Source: an uncultured Chloroflexia bacterium
GTDB lineage: Bacteria; Chloroflexota; Limnocylindria; Limnocylindrales; CSP1-4
DNA length: 64,000 nt
NCBI GenBank assembly: GCA_963752475.1
Contig: CAVVYR010000007.1
Coordinates: forward strand, 352,001 to 416,000
Reading direction: 5' to 3'
Positions 41,007 through 50,949 of this stretch are shown piece after piece. Each line of letters begins with the position of its first letter. The stretch's first letter is position 1. The notes under the pieces are model-generated. The model was not told where the DNA came from, did not search any database, and worked only from the letters and a program-made list of their open reading frames with translations. The position numbers and the translations under genes were made by a program.

Positions 41007-41055
41007 TCGATAGCCGCTGGCCAGTCGTCGGCCAGCCTTCATACCCAACGCCGGG

Positions 41056-41084
41056 GAGCCCGGGCCATGAGGCCTGGGCTCTTC
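41056..41084 (+). terminator. Hairpin after groEL
   Basis: GAGCCCGGGCC-ATGA-GGCCTGGGCTC followed by TT. Confidence 0.65.
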
Positions 41085-41161
41085 AATTCCGGGCCTGACG
41101 CTGGGAGGTCAGTCAGCGAGCCGCCTTCGTGGTCGAAGGACCGCGGCTCGGTGTCGACGGG

Positions 41162-41794
41162 TCATCGCTTCCTGAGCACGAGCCTCACGCTCACGTTGTC
41201 GAAGAAGACATCGCAGTCGGTTCCCGCTGTGCCCGTGCCCTTGAGGGTGACCCGGAGCGAGCGCGTGCCCGACGGTACGGCCGCGAAGCGCTTGAGCTTG
41301 CGCATCTTGCCGCTGGTGTCAGTGACGGCCTTCGTCGCCGCCTGGCCGATCACGCGACCGGCTCGGTCGAAGTACCAGATGATCATCCGGCCCGAGTCCC
41401 CGTCGCTGCTGTTGGAGCCGATGCGCACGGTGAGCCTCAAGTTCAGACGCCCACGGTCGATGAGCCGGTTGCGCCCGTTGATCGGGATCTTCTGGTGGGC
41501 CATCGAACCCGCCGTATCGCGGCCGCAGTAGAAGAGGTTCCGTTCGCCGAAGCTGGCCCGAGATTCGGCCCGGCTCGGTAATCCGGGGCTGCCGTACCTC
41601 ACGGCCGTCATGGTGGAGGTGGTCCTCCAGCCTGGGATGCGGACGACCTTGCCGCTCCCGGCCCGCGCCTGTTCTGCGCCCGAGTCCCACGAGATGTTGG
41701 AGTTGAGCGGAGTCCTGGCCGCCCCGTCCACTGCCTCTGCGCCGAGCGCCAGACAGAGCATGGCCGCTACCGCGGCGACCCACAGCCTATGCAT
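41162..41794 (-). CDS. Secreted hypothetical protein (beta-sandwich-like)
   Basis: Signal peptide MHRLWVAAVAAMLCLALG; AAGGGG RBS; ends VPSGTRSLRVTL...FDNVSVRL. Confidence 0.65.
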   Translation of the reverse strand: MHRLWVAAVAAMLCLALGAEAVDGAARTPLNSNISWDSGAEQARAGSGKVVRIPGWRTTSTMTAVRYGSPGLPSRAESRASFGERNLFYCGRDTAGSMAHQKIPINGRNRLIDRGRLNLRLTVRIGSNSSDGDSGRMIIWYFDRAGRVIGQAATKAVTDTSGKMRKLKRFAAVPSGTRSLRVTLKGTGTAGTDCDVFFDNVSVRLVLRKR

Positions 41795-41813
41795 GGCATC
41801 CCCCTTGCATGCG

Positions 41814-41890
41814 CGGGCCGGGTTCGCCAGTGGCTCGGCGCGGTCCAGGCGGCCATGGTTGCGGACCGGGCGTCATCACCTCCCGTTATC
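41814..41890 (-). ncRNA. c-di-GMP-II-like riboswitch, copy 1
   Basis: Minus strand CGGGAGGUGAUGA-CGGUCC-loop UGGCCGCCU-GGACCG-GAGCCACUGGCGAACCCGGCCCG matches the kink-turn, pseudoknot and P1 layout of c-di-GMP-II. Confidence 0.72.
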
Positions 41891-41973
41891 TACAATTCTC
41901 TCGCGGCCGTCCATCAAGGTCGCGTGAGCGGCTCACGGGTCACCGTGTGTGGCTGGGTCGGTGTCTCCGAGCG

Positions 41974-42717
41974 CTAGCGTGGGCAGGCCGGCGACGGGCG
42001 GCTGCCCGGCTGGCTGATCGTGCGCGTGAGTACGCTCGGACGTGCACGTCCGTCATCGGTAGCCCATCGCGCCAGTCTCGCGATGTTGCGATCGCGGCCG
42101 AGGACGGCGACATAGACGGTCGGGGTCTTGAGCGTCCGCCCGGCGACCTTCAGTTGCCGGCAGCGTGTGGCCGGTTCGAGGAAGCGGAGGTTCGCCCGGC
42201 GGTCGGCATTCCGGTAGCAGACTTCGCTCGTGGGCATCCCGCCGATCCAGTACGAGACCCCGGGTCTTCCGGTTGCGCATCGGCGACCCTTGGTCACGCC
42301 GGCATCCTTGCGTCGCTTCTCGAAGACCCGATCGGCCGGTCCGCCGTCGAGGAGGTAGTAGGCCATATCCCGGACCACCCGAGCGGCAGGACGACACTGG
42401 ACCGCAGCGACGGTGCCGGGCGGGAGAGCCGAACGCCTGGGGACGCACGTTCGACGGATCCTCTTGGGGATCATCCGGAGCAGCATCTTCTCGGACGGGC
42501 GGAACGAGGCAGCTGGGATGAGGGCAGAGCCGTGGAAGGCCACGGCCATGTCACTGGCGCCGGTGACGCGCGCTCCTTCCGTATCAGATGTCTCGGCGGC
42601 ACCAAGCGCCGGCGACGCCGCGACCGGTGCCGCGACCATCACGACGGCGACCGCGATCGCAGTCACCCAAGAGGTCCGTTCGCTAGATCTCATCGTCAGC
42701 CTCTCCGTCTTCATCAT
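41974..42717 (-). CDS. Secreted hypothetical protein, basic and Cys-containing
   Basis: Hydrophobic signal WVTAIAVAVVMVAAPVAA; several Cys; no family recognised. Confidence 0.6.
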   Translation of the reverse strand: MMKTERLTMRSSERTSWVTAIAVAVVMVAAPVAASPALGAAETSDTEGARVTGASDMAVAFHGSALIPAASFRPSEKMLLRMIPKRIRRTCVPRRSALPPGTVAAVQCRPAARVVRDMAYYLLDGGPADRVFEKRRKDAGVTKGRRCATGRPGVSYWIGGMPTSEVCYRNADRRANLRFLEPATRCRQLKVAGRTLKTPTVYVAVLGRDRNIARLARWATDDGRARPSVLTRTISQPGSRPSPACPR

Positions 42718-42855
42718 GAGGTTACGCCGCAGGCGTCCAACCGTATCGACCTACTCATCCACCCGACCCAGGGTGGCGTTGTGACGACGCCGCGAGGCCT
42801 GCGGTGACAGAGCCAGAGACCCGCCCTTGGTCGAACGGGCCTCTCGCGAACGTCG

Positions 42856-43302
42856 CTACGGGTGGGCCGAGACCTTGGCCTCGGCGAGCGTCTTGAAGTC
42901 AGCGATCGAGTTGCGGTGGTTCCGCTCGATCCAGCCCTTGCTTACGAAGTCCTTGATGAATCCCGGCACCCTGCCCGGGATCTCGAAGTCGGAGTCGATG
43001 GTGAACTTGGTCGCATCTCCATCAGGCTCGAACCGGAAGTACGCGTCCATCGGGCCGTCGTCGGTGTGCTCGTGGATGAGCCGCCGCGGCTCGACCTCGA
43101 CGATCTCCTGGGTCGTCTTCAGCTCGGAGCCCATGAGCCGCACGATCGAGGTGTACGACGTCCCGACCTTGTCCACCGGCCCGCTGAAGTCCGAGAACTC
43201 GCCTCGCGGCATCCAGTCGTGCCAGCGCGATGTGTCGCAGTAGAACTCCCAGACCTGCTCGACGGGTGCCTCGATCCGGACCTCCTGATGCATGTGCTGC
43301 AT
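42856..43302 (-). CDS. SRPBCC (polyketide cyclase/dehydrase-like) family protein
   Basis: IEAPVEQVWEF...WHDWMP, VGTSY, IVEVEPRR, C-terminal helix; AGGGAG RBS. Confidence 0.85.
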   Translation of the reverse strand: MQHMHQEVRIEAPVEQVWEFYCDTSRWHDWMPRGEFSDFSGPVDKVGTSYTSIVRLMGSELKTTQEIVEVEPRRLIHEHTDDGPMDAYFRFEPDGDATKFTIDSDFEIPGRVPGFIKDFVSKGWIERNHRNSIADFKTLAEAKVSAHP

Positions 43303-43321
43303 CTTCTACTCCCTTTGCTCG

Positions 43322-43396
43322 GCGGGCCGGGTTCGCCAGTGGCTCGGAGCGGCTCAGGCGGCCAACGTACGCGAGTCGCGCCTCATCGCCTCCCGC
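43322..43396 (-). ncRNA. c-di-GMP-II-like riboswitch, copy 2
   Basis: Minus strand GCGGGAGGCGAUGA...UGGCCGCCUG...GAGCCACUGGCGAACCCGGCCCGC; core identical to copy 1 with a different stem sequence. Confidence 0.72.
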
Positions 43397-43447
43397 TATC
43401 CATGATTCTCTCGCGGGCGTCCACCACTTCCGTTGGTCCGGCTGCGT

Positions 43448-44266
43448 CTACCGCTTCGGATGCAGATGGTGGGCGAGGAACGCGTCCCACAGAGCGCGCG
43501 GCTCATCGAGCGCGCAGATGTCCATGTGCCCCGCCGGAAGCTCTGCGTAGGTATGCTCGACCGCCGCTTCGGATAGCGCGGCGACGAGGTTCCGGGCCAT
43601 CTCGACGGGAACGCCCTCGTCGTGGGTCCCGTGGACGACGAGAAAGGGCACGGTCTGATCGTCGACCTGATGAGCGGGCGAAGCCTGACGCCAGACCTGC
43701 GGAAGCTCCTCGACCGTCCCGCCGAGCCAAGCGCCGACCGTGCGCCGCAGCCCGGCATCCGGATACGGGACCAGGAGGTCGGTGTCGCCGGACATGGTCA
43801 CGACGCAGTCCACCCGACTCGAGATACCGGTCGGTCTCGCATCCGAGTCGGTCGGTGAGTCGGTGACACCCAGGAGGCTGGCGAGGTGCCCGCCGGATGA
43901 GTGGCCCATGGCGCAGACCCGAGCAGGGTCGACCCCGAGCTCGGCAGCGTGGGCGCGGACCCAGCGGACCGCACGGCGGGCATCCTCCAACTGCGTCGGC
44001 CATGGGTTCTCACCGGTCGCCTCGTCGAACAACCGGTAGCCGGCCATGAAGGTCACGTAGCCCTGCTCAGCCAGCGGCTCGGCCCAGTCCATGTCCTGGA
44101 GCGGCGTCCCGCCGGTCGGGCCACCGCCGTGGAACAGGACGACCGCCGGTCGCGGTTCGGAGTGAGTCACCGGCTCGACCACGTGGATCACCTGCCTGAG
44201 ACGATCGTCCTCTCCGTAGGCGAAGCCTCTTTCCGACATCGGTGCGGTCACGTACCTGCCCCCCAC
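43448..44266 (-). CDS. Alpha/beta hydrolase (esterase/lipase; start uncertain)
   Basis: FHGGG oxyanion motif, GHSSGG nucleophile, HGTHDEGVP, AGH. Confidence 0.88.
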   Translation of the reverse strand: MGGRYVTAPMSERGFAYGEDDRLRQVIHVVEPVTHSEPRPAVVLFHGGGPTGGTPLQDMDWAEPLAEQGYVTFMAGYRLFDEATGENPWPTQLEDARRAVRWVRAHAAELGVDPARVCAMGHSSGGHLASLLGVTDSPTDSDARPTGISSRVDCVVTMSGDTDLLVPYPDAGLRRTVGAWLGGTVEELPQVWRQASPAHQVDDQTVPFLVVHGTHDEGVPVEMARNLVAALSEAAVEHTYAELPAGHMDICALDEPRALWDAFLAHHLHPKR

Positions 44267-44371
44267 GGAGTCGTGTCATGGTCATGAGACACGAGCATTG
44301 TCTCGCGGGCAGCAAGCGCCGACGGCTGCGCCGTGGGCAGTTTCTGTGCGCCCGGGGTAGGCTCCGTTCCG

Positions 44372-45757
44372 ATGAGCCGAGTCGTCATCCCCGAGCGCCC
44401 CAGCGCCCGGCGGGCCATCAGCCTTGCCCTGTCCCTGGGCCTGCTGGCGTCCGCCGTCACCACCTCCGTCGCAGCGCAGGACCTGCCGCTGTGCGACAGC
44501 GGACGTGTGAGCGAGTGCGTCCTGCCTGCCTGGTCCGGATCGCCCGTGGGTGACGTCCCCAGCCTGTTCGGCGAGGTCGACGGCGTGAGCTGGATCGAGG
44601 ATGACCGGGGCGATGCACCGGAGGACGGGCTCGACATCCTCGGTGTGGGCGTCGGGCGCGTGTCGATCGACGAGCCGGCTGATGTCCGCGGCGCGGACGG
44701 GCTGCTCAAACAGGGCAAGGCCAAGAAGGCCGTGCCATCGGGCGAGGGCATCCTCGTGCGCGTGCTGCTCGACAAGGCGCCCAGCGACGTGGCCGGCGGT
44801 CATGCCAGCGTCCACCTCGCGACCGACGTCGACGGTTCGCGCAGCAACAACGTTCCGGCCGGTATCGCCCGGCCGGACTACCCCTTCGCCGGTACCGAGA
44901 ACGTCTACTCGCTGACGTGGGCCTCGACCACGGGCAAGACGAAGCTGCACGCGAGCGACCTGGCCAAGGCCTGGTACAAGGACAGCACGCCCTTCGCCGC
45001 CAGCTGGGCCGAGACGACCGTGCTCGACTTCCTGTTGGCGCCCAAGTCGTTCGGCGACGACTTCCGCGTCATCACGCACGCTGACGGCGAACAGGGTGGC
45101 TACGACACCGTGAGCTGGGGTCCGGCCGATGTGCCGACCGATGGCACCGTCGGGCTCGTCCCCGTCTGTCACGAGGCCTCGATCTCGGCCGAACCGTTCA
45201 TCATCGGTCGCCTCAAGGAGGGCGGCCAGACCGTGCGTGATGTGGAGGCTCAGGCATCGTGGCGCGGCGGCGCGAGGATCCCGGTGGTCCAAGACATCCG
45301 GCCAGCCCTCGAGGCCTTCATCACCGCCAACGACGAGGACGGAGACGGGCGCGTCGGAGTCCGAACCTGGGTCAACCTCTTCGAGGACGGCATCGTGCTG
45401 CGTCAGCGGCCGGACCTGGAGATCGCCCTTGATGGCGACGAGGTCATCATGGCGCTCGAGCTCGGCCTGACGCGACGCGGCTACAACGTCCTGCGTGACT
45501 TCGAGCCAGCATCGACGGGCGACGACCGGCTCGACGACTGGATCGAGCGCGCCACCGATGCCCTGCGTGTGACCATGCCACCGTTCCGCCTGAACAAGAA
45601 GAGTGGGCTGCTCGTGGGGGAGGGCATCGGTTCCTGCGTCCCCTGGATCGCGATGCCGGTGGAGCCGGAGCCCGAGCCACAGCCGACGTCGGAGGCCTCC
45701 AGCCTGCCCGAGGACTCGATCGCCCCGACCGAGGATGGTGCTGCACTCAGCTCCTGA
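44372..45757 (+). CDS. Secreted hypothetical protein
   Basis: RRAISLALSLGLLASAVTTSVAAQ signal; long ORF with normal codon style. Confidence 0.7.
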   Translation: MSRVVIPERPSARRAISLALSLGLLASAVTTSVAAQDLPLCDSGRVSECVLPAWSGSPVGDVPSLFGEVDGVSWIEDDRGDAPEDGLDILGVGVGRVSIDEPADVRGADGLLKQGKAKKAVPSGEGILVRVLLDKAPSDVAGGHASVHLATDVDGSRSNNVPAGIARPDYPFAGTENVYSLTWASTTGKTKLHASDLAKAWYKDSTPFAASWAETTVLDFLLAPKSFGDDFRVITHADGEQGGYDTVSWGPADVPTDGTVGLVPVCHEASISAEPFIIGRLKEGGQTVRDVEAQASWRGGARIPVVQDIRPALEAFITANDEDGDGRVGVRTWVNLFEDGIVLRQRPDLEIALDGDEVIMALELGLTRRGYNVLRDFEPASTGDDRLDDWIERATDALRVTMPPFRLNKKSGLLVGEGIGSCVPWIAMPVEPEPEPQPTSEASSLPEDSIAPTEDGAALSS

Positions 45758-45789
45758 GCGCAGCCCGAACACTCTCTAGACTGTCCCGA

Positions 45790-46416
45790 ATGACCAGCGG
45801 TTGGATCCACCTCATCACGGGCTGCATGTTCAGCGGCAAGACCGACGAGATGCTGCGCCTCATCCGGCGCGCGGAGATCGCCGGGCGACGCGTGCTGCTG
45901 GTCCGACCCGCGGTCGATGACCGAACCACGGCAGGTGCCGTCGAGTCACGGTCGGGTGTGACCTGGCGAGCGGAGTCGGTCGCCGATAGCAGTGAGATCC
46001 CGCCGCTCGTGAGCTCCGAGCGCGCGTCGGTCGTGGCCATCGACGAGGCGCAGTTCTTCGACGAGGGCCTGCCCGAGATCGCGGAGCTGCTGGCCGCGGA
46101 GGGGCGTTCGGTACTCGTGAGTGGCCTCGACCAGGATTTCCTGGGCCGGCCCTTCAACTCGATGCCCACGCTGCTGGCCTTGGCCGACCAGGTCACCAAG
46201 CTCACCGCCATCTGCACCGTCTGTGGCGCCGAAGCGACCCGCACCCAGCGCATGGTCGGCGGTCGGCCGGCTGCGGCCGATGACCCGCTCATCGTGGTGG
46301 GTGGCATGAACGACGACCGCTACGAGGCTCGCTGCCGGTCACACCACGTCATCGGCACCGCTCGAGGCGCGACATCGTCCCCCATCTGGGAGAACCTCCC
46401 CACCGCCTACGAGTAG
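45790..46416 (+). CDS. tdk: Thymidine kinase
   Basis: GCMFSGKT, IDEAQFF, GLDQDF, AICTVCG, YEARCRSH. Confidence 0.95.
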   Translation: MTSGWIHLITGCMFSGKTDEMLRLIRRAEIAGRRVLLVRPAVDDRTTAGAVESRSGVTWRAESVADSSEIPPLVSSERASVVAIDEAQFFDEGLPEIAELLAAEGRSVLVSGLDQDFLGRPFNSMPTLLALADQVTKLTAICTVCGAEATRTQRMVGGRPAAADDPLIVVGGMNDDRYEARCRSHHVIGTARGATSSPIWENLPTAYE

Positions 46417-46597
46417 CCGCCGAGTCGTATCAGGGGTTCGCCGACGAGACGAACCACACCGCATCGGTCCCGAACGCACCCCCCCGGACAGTCGGTGCCC
46501 CCAATGGGCTAGGACCGTTGGGCGAGTGGTAACCGGGGCTGACGAACGGCAGAGTATGTCCACGACGGCGGACCACCGCCTGACCGGAGGTACAGAC

Positions 46598-47050
46598 ATG
46601 AAGAACCGCTCTAGCGGGATCGCAATCCTGGCGTTCAGCTCGGTGCTGATCGGCATCTACTGCCAGTTCGCGGCTGTCGCACTCATCCTCACCGGCTCCG
46701 TCTTCAGTGCCAGTGGATCGGTGTACGCGGGATTCGCGCTCATCATCGGCTCGCTGTTCTTCGGCTTGACCTTCGCCGCCTACTTCCTGGCCTATGGCTT
46801 CTGGACCCGCAAGGACTGGTCCTGGGCCGGTGGCATCGCCCTCGTCATCACGCTCGTCGTCGCGAGCATGGCGCTCTCGGTCCTCTCGACCAACTTCACC
46901 TCGACGGTCCTGCCGCTGGCAGCCGCTGTCGCCGGCGTCTGGTACCTCAACCGCGCCGAGATCAAGGCGGAGCTGACGGGCACCGAGGTGGCGAACCAGC
47001 GCACCGTCAACGTCGCGGACACCTTCGAGGCCGCCGAACCCGCCCACTAG
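46598..47050 (+). CDS. Four-TM membrane protein
   Basis: GGAGG RBS; four hydrophobic segments; YGFWTRKDWSW. Confidence 0.7.
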   Translation: MKNRSSGIAILAFSSVLIGIYCQFAAVALILTGSVFSASGSVYAGFALIIGSLFFGLTFAAYFLAYGFWTRKDWSWAGGIALVITLVVASMALSVLSTNFTSTVLPLAAAVAGVWYLNRAEIKAELTGTEVANQRTVNVADTFEAAEPAH

Positions 47051-47097
47051 GGCGCTCGCCGGGCCCTCACTCCGGGCGGGCCCGAACAGACGCAACG

Positions 47098-47126
47098 AAC
47101 GGCCGTGGCCCCGTGCCACGGCCGTT
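47098..47126 (+). terminator. Intrinsic terminator-like hairpin
   Basis: AACGGCCGTGGC-CCCGT-GCCACGGCCGTT perfect 12-bp stem. Confidence 0.7.
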
Positions 47127-47164
47127 TCTGATGCCTTCCGCCGACGGCCCTAGAATCGGGCTCC

Positions 47165-49951
47165 GTGCCCAAGCCCAACGACCCCCAAGCCCCCACCACC
47201 GACGGCTTCTTCGCGCCCCACGAGCTTGCGCCGCCGCCCGTCGACGATGCTGCTCCACCTCCGTCGGCCCCGCCGCCCGCTGACGGACTCGACATCGACA
47301 TCGACGCCGCTGGGGCCGCCCCCAGGGCAGCTGCTCCGGCCCCCGAACCCGGCGACGACGCCGAGTGGTTCTCGATGGTCGCCGCCACCGCCGGCGAATC
47401 GGCTCCAGCCCGAACGACTCCATCGTCCGAGGACGCGACGAAGCGCGAGGCCGAAGCCAGGAAGCTGGCCAAGTCCATCGTCAAGCGCCTGAACCCCGAG
47501 CAGGCCCGCGCGGTGTCCACGACCGACGGCCCGCTGCTCATCCTGGCAGGTGCCGGCTCGGGCAAGACCCGCGTGCTGGCCCACCGCATCGCCTACCTCG
47601 TCGGCGTCGAGGGCGTGAAGCCATGGCAGATCCTGGCCGTGACCTTCACCAACAAGGCCGCGGCCGAGATGCGTGAGCGCATCCTCGCGCTCGTCGGCGA
47701 CGACGGGGCCAAGGTCGCGATGGGTACGTTCCATGCGCTGTGTGCCCGCGTCCTGCGCCGCGACGGTGCGGCCATCGGCATCGACCCCCGCTTCGCCATC
47801 TACGACACCGATGACCAGACCGGTATCGTCAAGGCCGTCCTCCGAGACCTCGAGCTGCAGGGCACCGGTGAGCTTCGCCCGGCGGCCGTGCTCAGCGCCA
47901 TCAGCCGCTGGAAGAACGACATGGTCACGCCCGCCGAGGCCGACGACGAGGCCCGCGGCTACCTCGAGAGCCAGTACGCCACGGCCTACGCCCGCTACTC
48001 CCGGCGACTCAAGGCTGCCAACGCGCTCGATTTCGACGATCTGCTCATCGAGGCCGTGCGGCTGTTCGAGGAAGCACCGGCGGTGCTGGCCCACTACCAG
48101 CAGCGCTGGCGCTACCTCCACATCGACGAGTACCAGGACACGAACCGGGCCCAATACCTGTGGGTCAAGTCCCTCGCGCGGGAGCACCGCAACCTCGCGG
48201 TCGTGGGCGACGACGACCAGTCGATCTACAGCTGGCGTGGCGCCGACCTGCGCAACATCCTCGACTTCGAGGCCGACTACCCCGAAGCCACGGTGGTGAA
48301 GCTGGAGCAGAACTATCGTTCCACCCAGCTCATCCTCGACGCCGCTCATGCGGTCGTGGAGCGCAACGAGGACCGCAAGGACAAGAAGCTCTGGACCGAC
48401 AACCCGCGCGGCCAGCTCATCGAGCGCTTCGAGGCCGACCGTGAGGACGAGGAGGCCGAGTGGGTCGCGCGCCAGGTCGAGGCGCTCGCGGCAGGGCGGG
48501 GGAGTGCCGGCTCGATCCTCGCGCGGAGGGCCGACGACGGCGACGACGAGGAGTACCGCCTCCAGGACATCGCGGTCATGTATCGCACCAACGCCCAGAG
48601 CCGCGCCATCGAGGAAGCGTTCCTGCGATACGGCCTGCGCTACCAGCTCGTCGGCGGCACACGCTTCTACCAGCGGCGCGAGATCAAGGACGCGTTGGCC
48701 TATCTGCGCTGCCTGCGCAACGACCACGACGTGGCCGCCTTCGAGCGCGTCATCAACGTGCCGCCACGAGGCATCGGCCAGAAGTCGCTCGAACGCTTGC
48801 GAACGCTGGCGGAGGACCGTGACTCGGACTACTGGGGCGCACTGGGGGCCGTGGTCGAGGGTGCTGCTGAGTTGAACAGCCGCGCCCGCAACGCGTTCAC
48901 CGGCTTCCACACGATCATCACGAAGCTGCGCGCGCGCGTGGGCCTGCTGCCGCTGCCTGAGCTGCTCGACACGGTACTGGAGGAGAGTGGCTACCGGGCC
49001 ATGCTCATGGACGGCTCGCAGGATGGCGAGGACCGCTGGGGCAACCTCATCGAGCTGCGCGAGGTGGTGGACCGCTACGGTGATCTCGATCCCATCGACG
49101 CGCTCGACCGACTGCTCGAGGAGACGGCCCTGGTGGCGGACCAGGATGCCTACACCGGCGATGCCGACAAGGTCACGCTCATCACGCTGCACGCGGCCAA
49201 GGGCCTCGAGTTCGACGTCGTCTTCATCTCCGGGCTCGAGGAAGGCGTCTTCCCCCACGCCCGAGCGCTCGACGATCCGCGTCAGATGGAGGAGGAGCGC
49301 CGGCTCGCCTACGTCGGGCTCACCCGTGCCCGCAAGCGGCTCTACCTCACCCACGCCGCACAGCGCGCGACTTGGGGTCGGTCGGGTTTCAGCGTGCCAA
49401 GTCGTTTCCTCATCGAGATCCCCGAGGGCCTGATGCACGGCCCGCGCCTGGTCTCGCGTGACGAGGACGATGACCAGCGGCCCTATGACGAACGCATGGA
49501 GGGCTACGACCTTGGGGCGGTCATCGGGCGTCGTGCGGGCGAGTCTCGCCTCGTCGGTCGTGCGCCGGTGGGACCCAAGGGCGGCAAGCGGCTGCCGCCG
49601 GGTGGCGGCTACACGCCCACGCCCGGAGCACCGCGGGCTGGCCAGACCTTCCGCGCCTCGCGGGACCTCGCCGCTCGGCGCGAGGCCTACTACGGCCGGC
49701 CGCCCGAGGATGAGACCGTCGACGAGCCGGCAGCGCCAGCGGCCGACGAATGGCGCCTGCCGCCGGAGACCCAGGTTCCGGGCGAGCATCGCTACAAGGA
49801 CGGCCAGAAGGTCCGCCACCAGATCTTCGGTGAGGGCCAGGTCGTATCGTCGAAGCTGACGCGCGACGACGAAGAAGTCACGGTCGCCTTCCCCAAGCAG
49901 GGCATCAAGAAACTGATGGCCAGCCTTGCTAACCTTGAGGTGTCAGGCTGA
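47165..49951 (+). CDS. pcrA: ATP-dependent DNA helicase PcrA/UvrD
   Basis: LNPEQ, AGAGSGKT, TFTNKAA, DEYQDTN, GDDDQSIY, QNYRS, HAAKGLEF, EERRLAYVGLTRA, C-terminal Tudor-like VRHQIFGEG. Confidence 0.95.
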   Translation: MPKPNDPQAPTTDGFFAPHELAPPPVDDAAPPPSAPPPADGLDIDIDAAGAAPRAAAPAPEPGDDAEWFSMVAATAGESAPARTTPSSEDATKREAEARKLAKSIVKRLNPEQARAVSTTDGPLLILAGAGSGKTRVLAHRIAYLVGVEGVKPWQILAVTFTNKAAAEMRERILALVGDDGAKVAMGTFHALCARVLRRDGAAIGIDPRFAIYDTDDQTGIVKAVLRDLELQGTGELRPAAVLSAISRWKNDMVTPAEADDEARGYLESQYATAYARYSRRLKAANALDFDDLLIEAVRLFEEAPAVLAHYQQRWRYLHIDEYQDTNRAQYLWVKSLAREHRNLAVVGDDDQSIYSWRGADLRNILDFEADYPEATVVKLEQNYRSTQLILDAAHAVVERNEDRKDKKLWTDNPRGQLIERFEADREDEEAEWVARQVEALAAGRGSAGSILARRADDGDDEEYRLQDIAVMYRTNAQSRAIEEAFLRYGLRYQLVGGTRFYQRREIKDALAYLRCLRNDHDVAAFERVINVPPRGIGQKSLERLRTLAEDRDSDYWGALGAVVEGAAELNSRARNAFTGFHTIITKLRARVGLLPLPELLDTVLEESGYRAMLMDGSQDGEDRWGNLIELREVVDRYGDLDPIDALDRLLEETALVADQDAYTGDADKVTLITLHAAKGLEFDVVFISGLEEGVFPHARALDDPRQMEEERRLAYVGLTRARKRLYLTHAAQRATWGRSGFSVPSRFLIEIPEGLMHGPRLVSRDEDDDQRPYDERMEGYDLGAVIGRRAGESRLVGRAPVGPKGGKRLPPGGGYTPTPGAPRAGQTFRASRDLAARREAYYGRPPEDETVDEPAAPAADEWRLPPETQVPGEHRYKDGQKVRHQIFGEGQVVSSKLTRDDEEVTVAFPKQGIKKLMASLANLEVSG

Positions 49952-49992
49952 CTTGACAGCGGCTGGCCGGATCCACGAGCCGGGGAGAGATC

Positions 49993-50940
49993 ATGACCGA
50001 CGTCGAGCAGCTGCTCGTCTGTAGCGACCTGCGCAAGGCCTTCGGCGAACGCACAGCCGTCGACGGCGTCAGCTTCCACATCGGGCGTGGCGAGACCTAC
50101 GGCCTGCTCGGGCCCAACGGCGCGGGCAAGACCACCAGCATCTCCATGATCTGCGGCTTGCTGGAGCGCGATGGCGGGACGGTCACCGTGGCCGGGCGGT
50201 CGCTTGATGTGTCGGCTGTGGATGCCAAGTCGGCCATCGGCTACGTGCCCCAGGACCTGGCCATCTATCCCGACCTCTCGGCCCGCGAGAACCTGCGCTT
50301 CTTCGGCAAGCTGCAGCGGCTGTCGGGCAAGGCGCTCGATGAGCGCGTGGACGCGGTGCTCGAGCTGACCGGCCTGGCCGAGCGTGCCGACGACAAGACC
50401 GACGACTACTCGGGCGGCATGAAGCGCAGGCTCAACATCGGCATCGGCCTGCTGCACGAGCCTCAGCTGCTGGTCCTCGACGAGCCCACCGTGGGCGTCG
50501 ACCCCCAGAGCCGCAACGCCATCCTCGAAGCCGTCGACGGGCTACGCGCCGAAGGCATGTCCATCCTCTACACCACGCACTACATGGAAGAGGCCGAGCG
50601 TCTCTGCGACCGCATCGCCATCATCGACGAGGGCGTGATCCTGGCCGAGGGCACCCGGCGTCAGCTGGTCGATCTGGTCGGACAGCTCGACCGCGTCAGC
50701 CTGACGGTGACCGGCGACCTACCGGCAGCGACCCAGGCGCTCACGGGTATCGAGCGCGTGCAGGCCGCGACATCGAGCGAAGGCGCCATCGAGATCACCG
50801 CGGAGGGCGCACGCACCTTGCTGCCGGAGATCATCCGCGTGGCGGCCAACGCGGGCGTCGAGATCAAGTCGGTGGAGGTCGTCGAACCGGATCTGGAGGC
50901 TGTCTTCCTGCACCTCACCGGCAAGGCCCTCAGGGACTAG
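49993..50940 (+). CDS. ABC-2 type exporter ATP-binding protein
   Basis: GPNGAGKT, YSGGMKRR, LDEPTVGVDPQSR. Confidence 0.92.
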   Translation: MTDVEQLLVCSDLRKAFGERTAVDGVSFHIGRGETYGLLGPNGAGKTTSISMICGLLERDGGTVTVAGRSLDVSAVDAKSAIGYVPQDLAIYPDLSARENLRFFGKLQRLSGKALDERVDAVLELTGLAERADDKTDDYSGGMKRRLNIGIGLLHEPQLLVLDEPTVGVDPQSRNAILEAVDGLRAEGMSILYTTHYMEEAERLCDRIAIIDEGVILAEGTRRQLVDLVGQLDRVSLTVTGDLPAATQALTGIERVQAATSSEGAIEITAEGARTLLPEIIRVAANAGVEIKSVEVVEPDLEAVFLHLTGKALRD

Positions 50941-50949
50941 GCCACGTCC

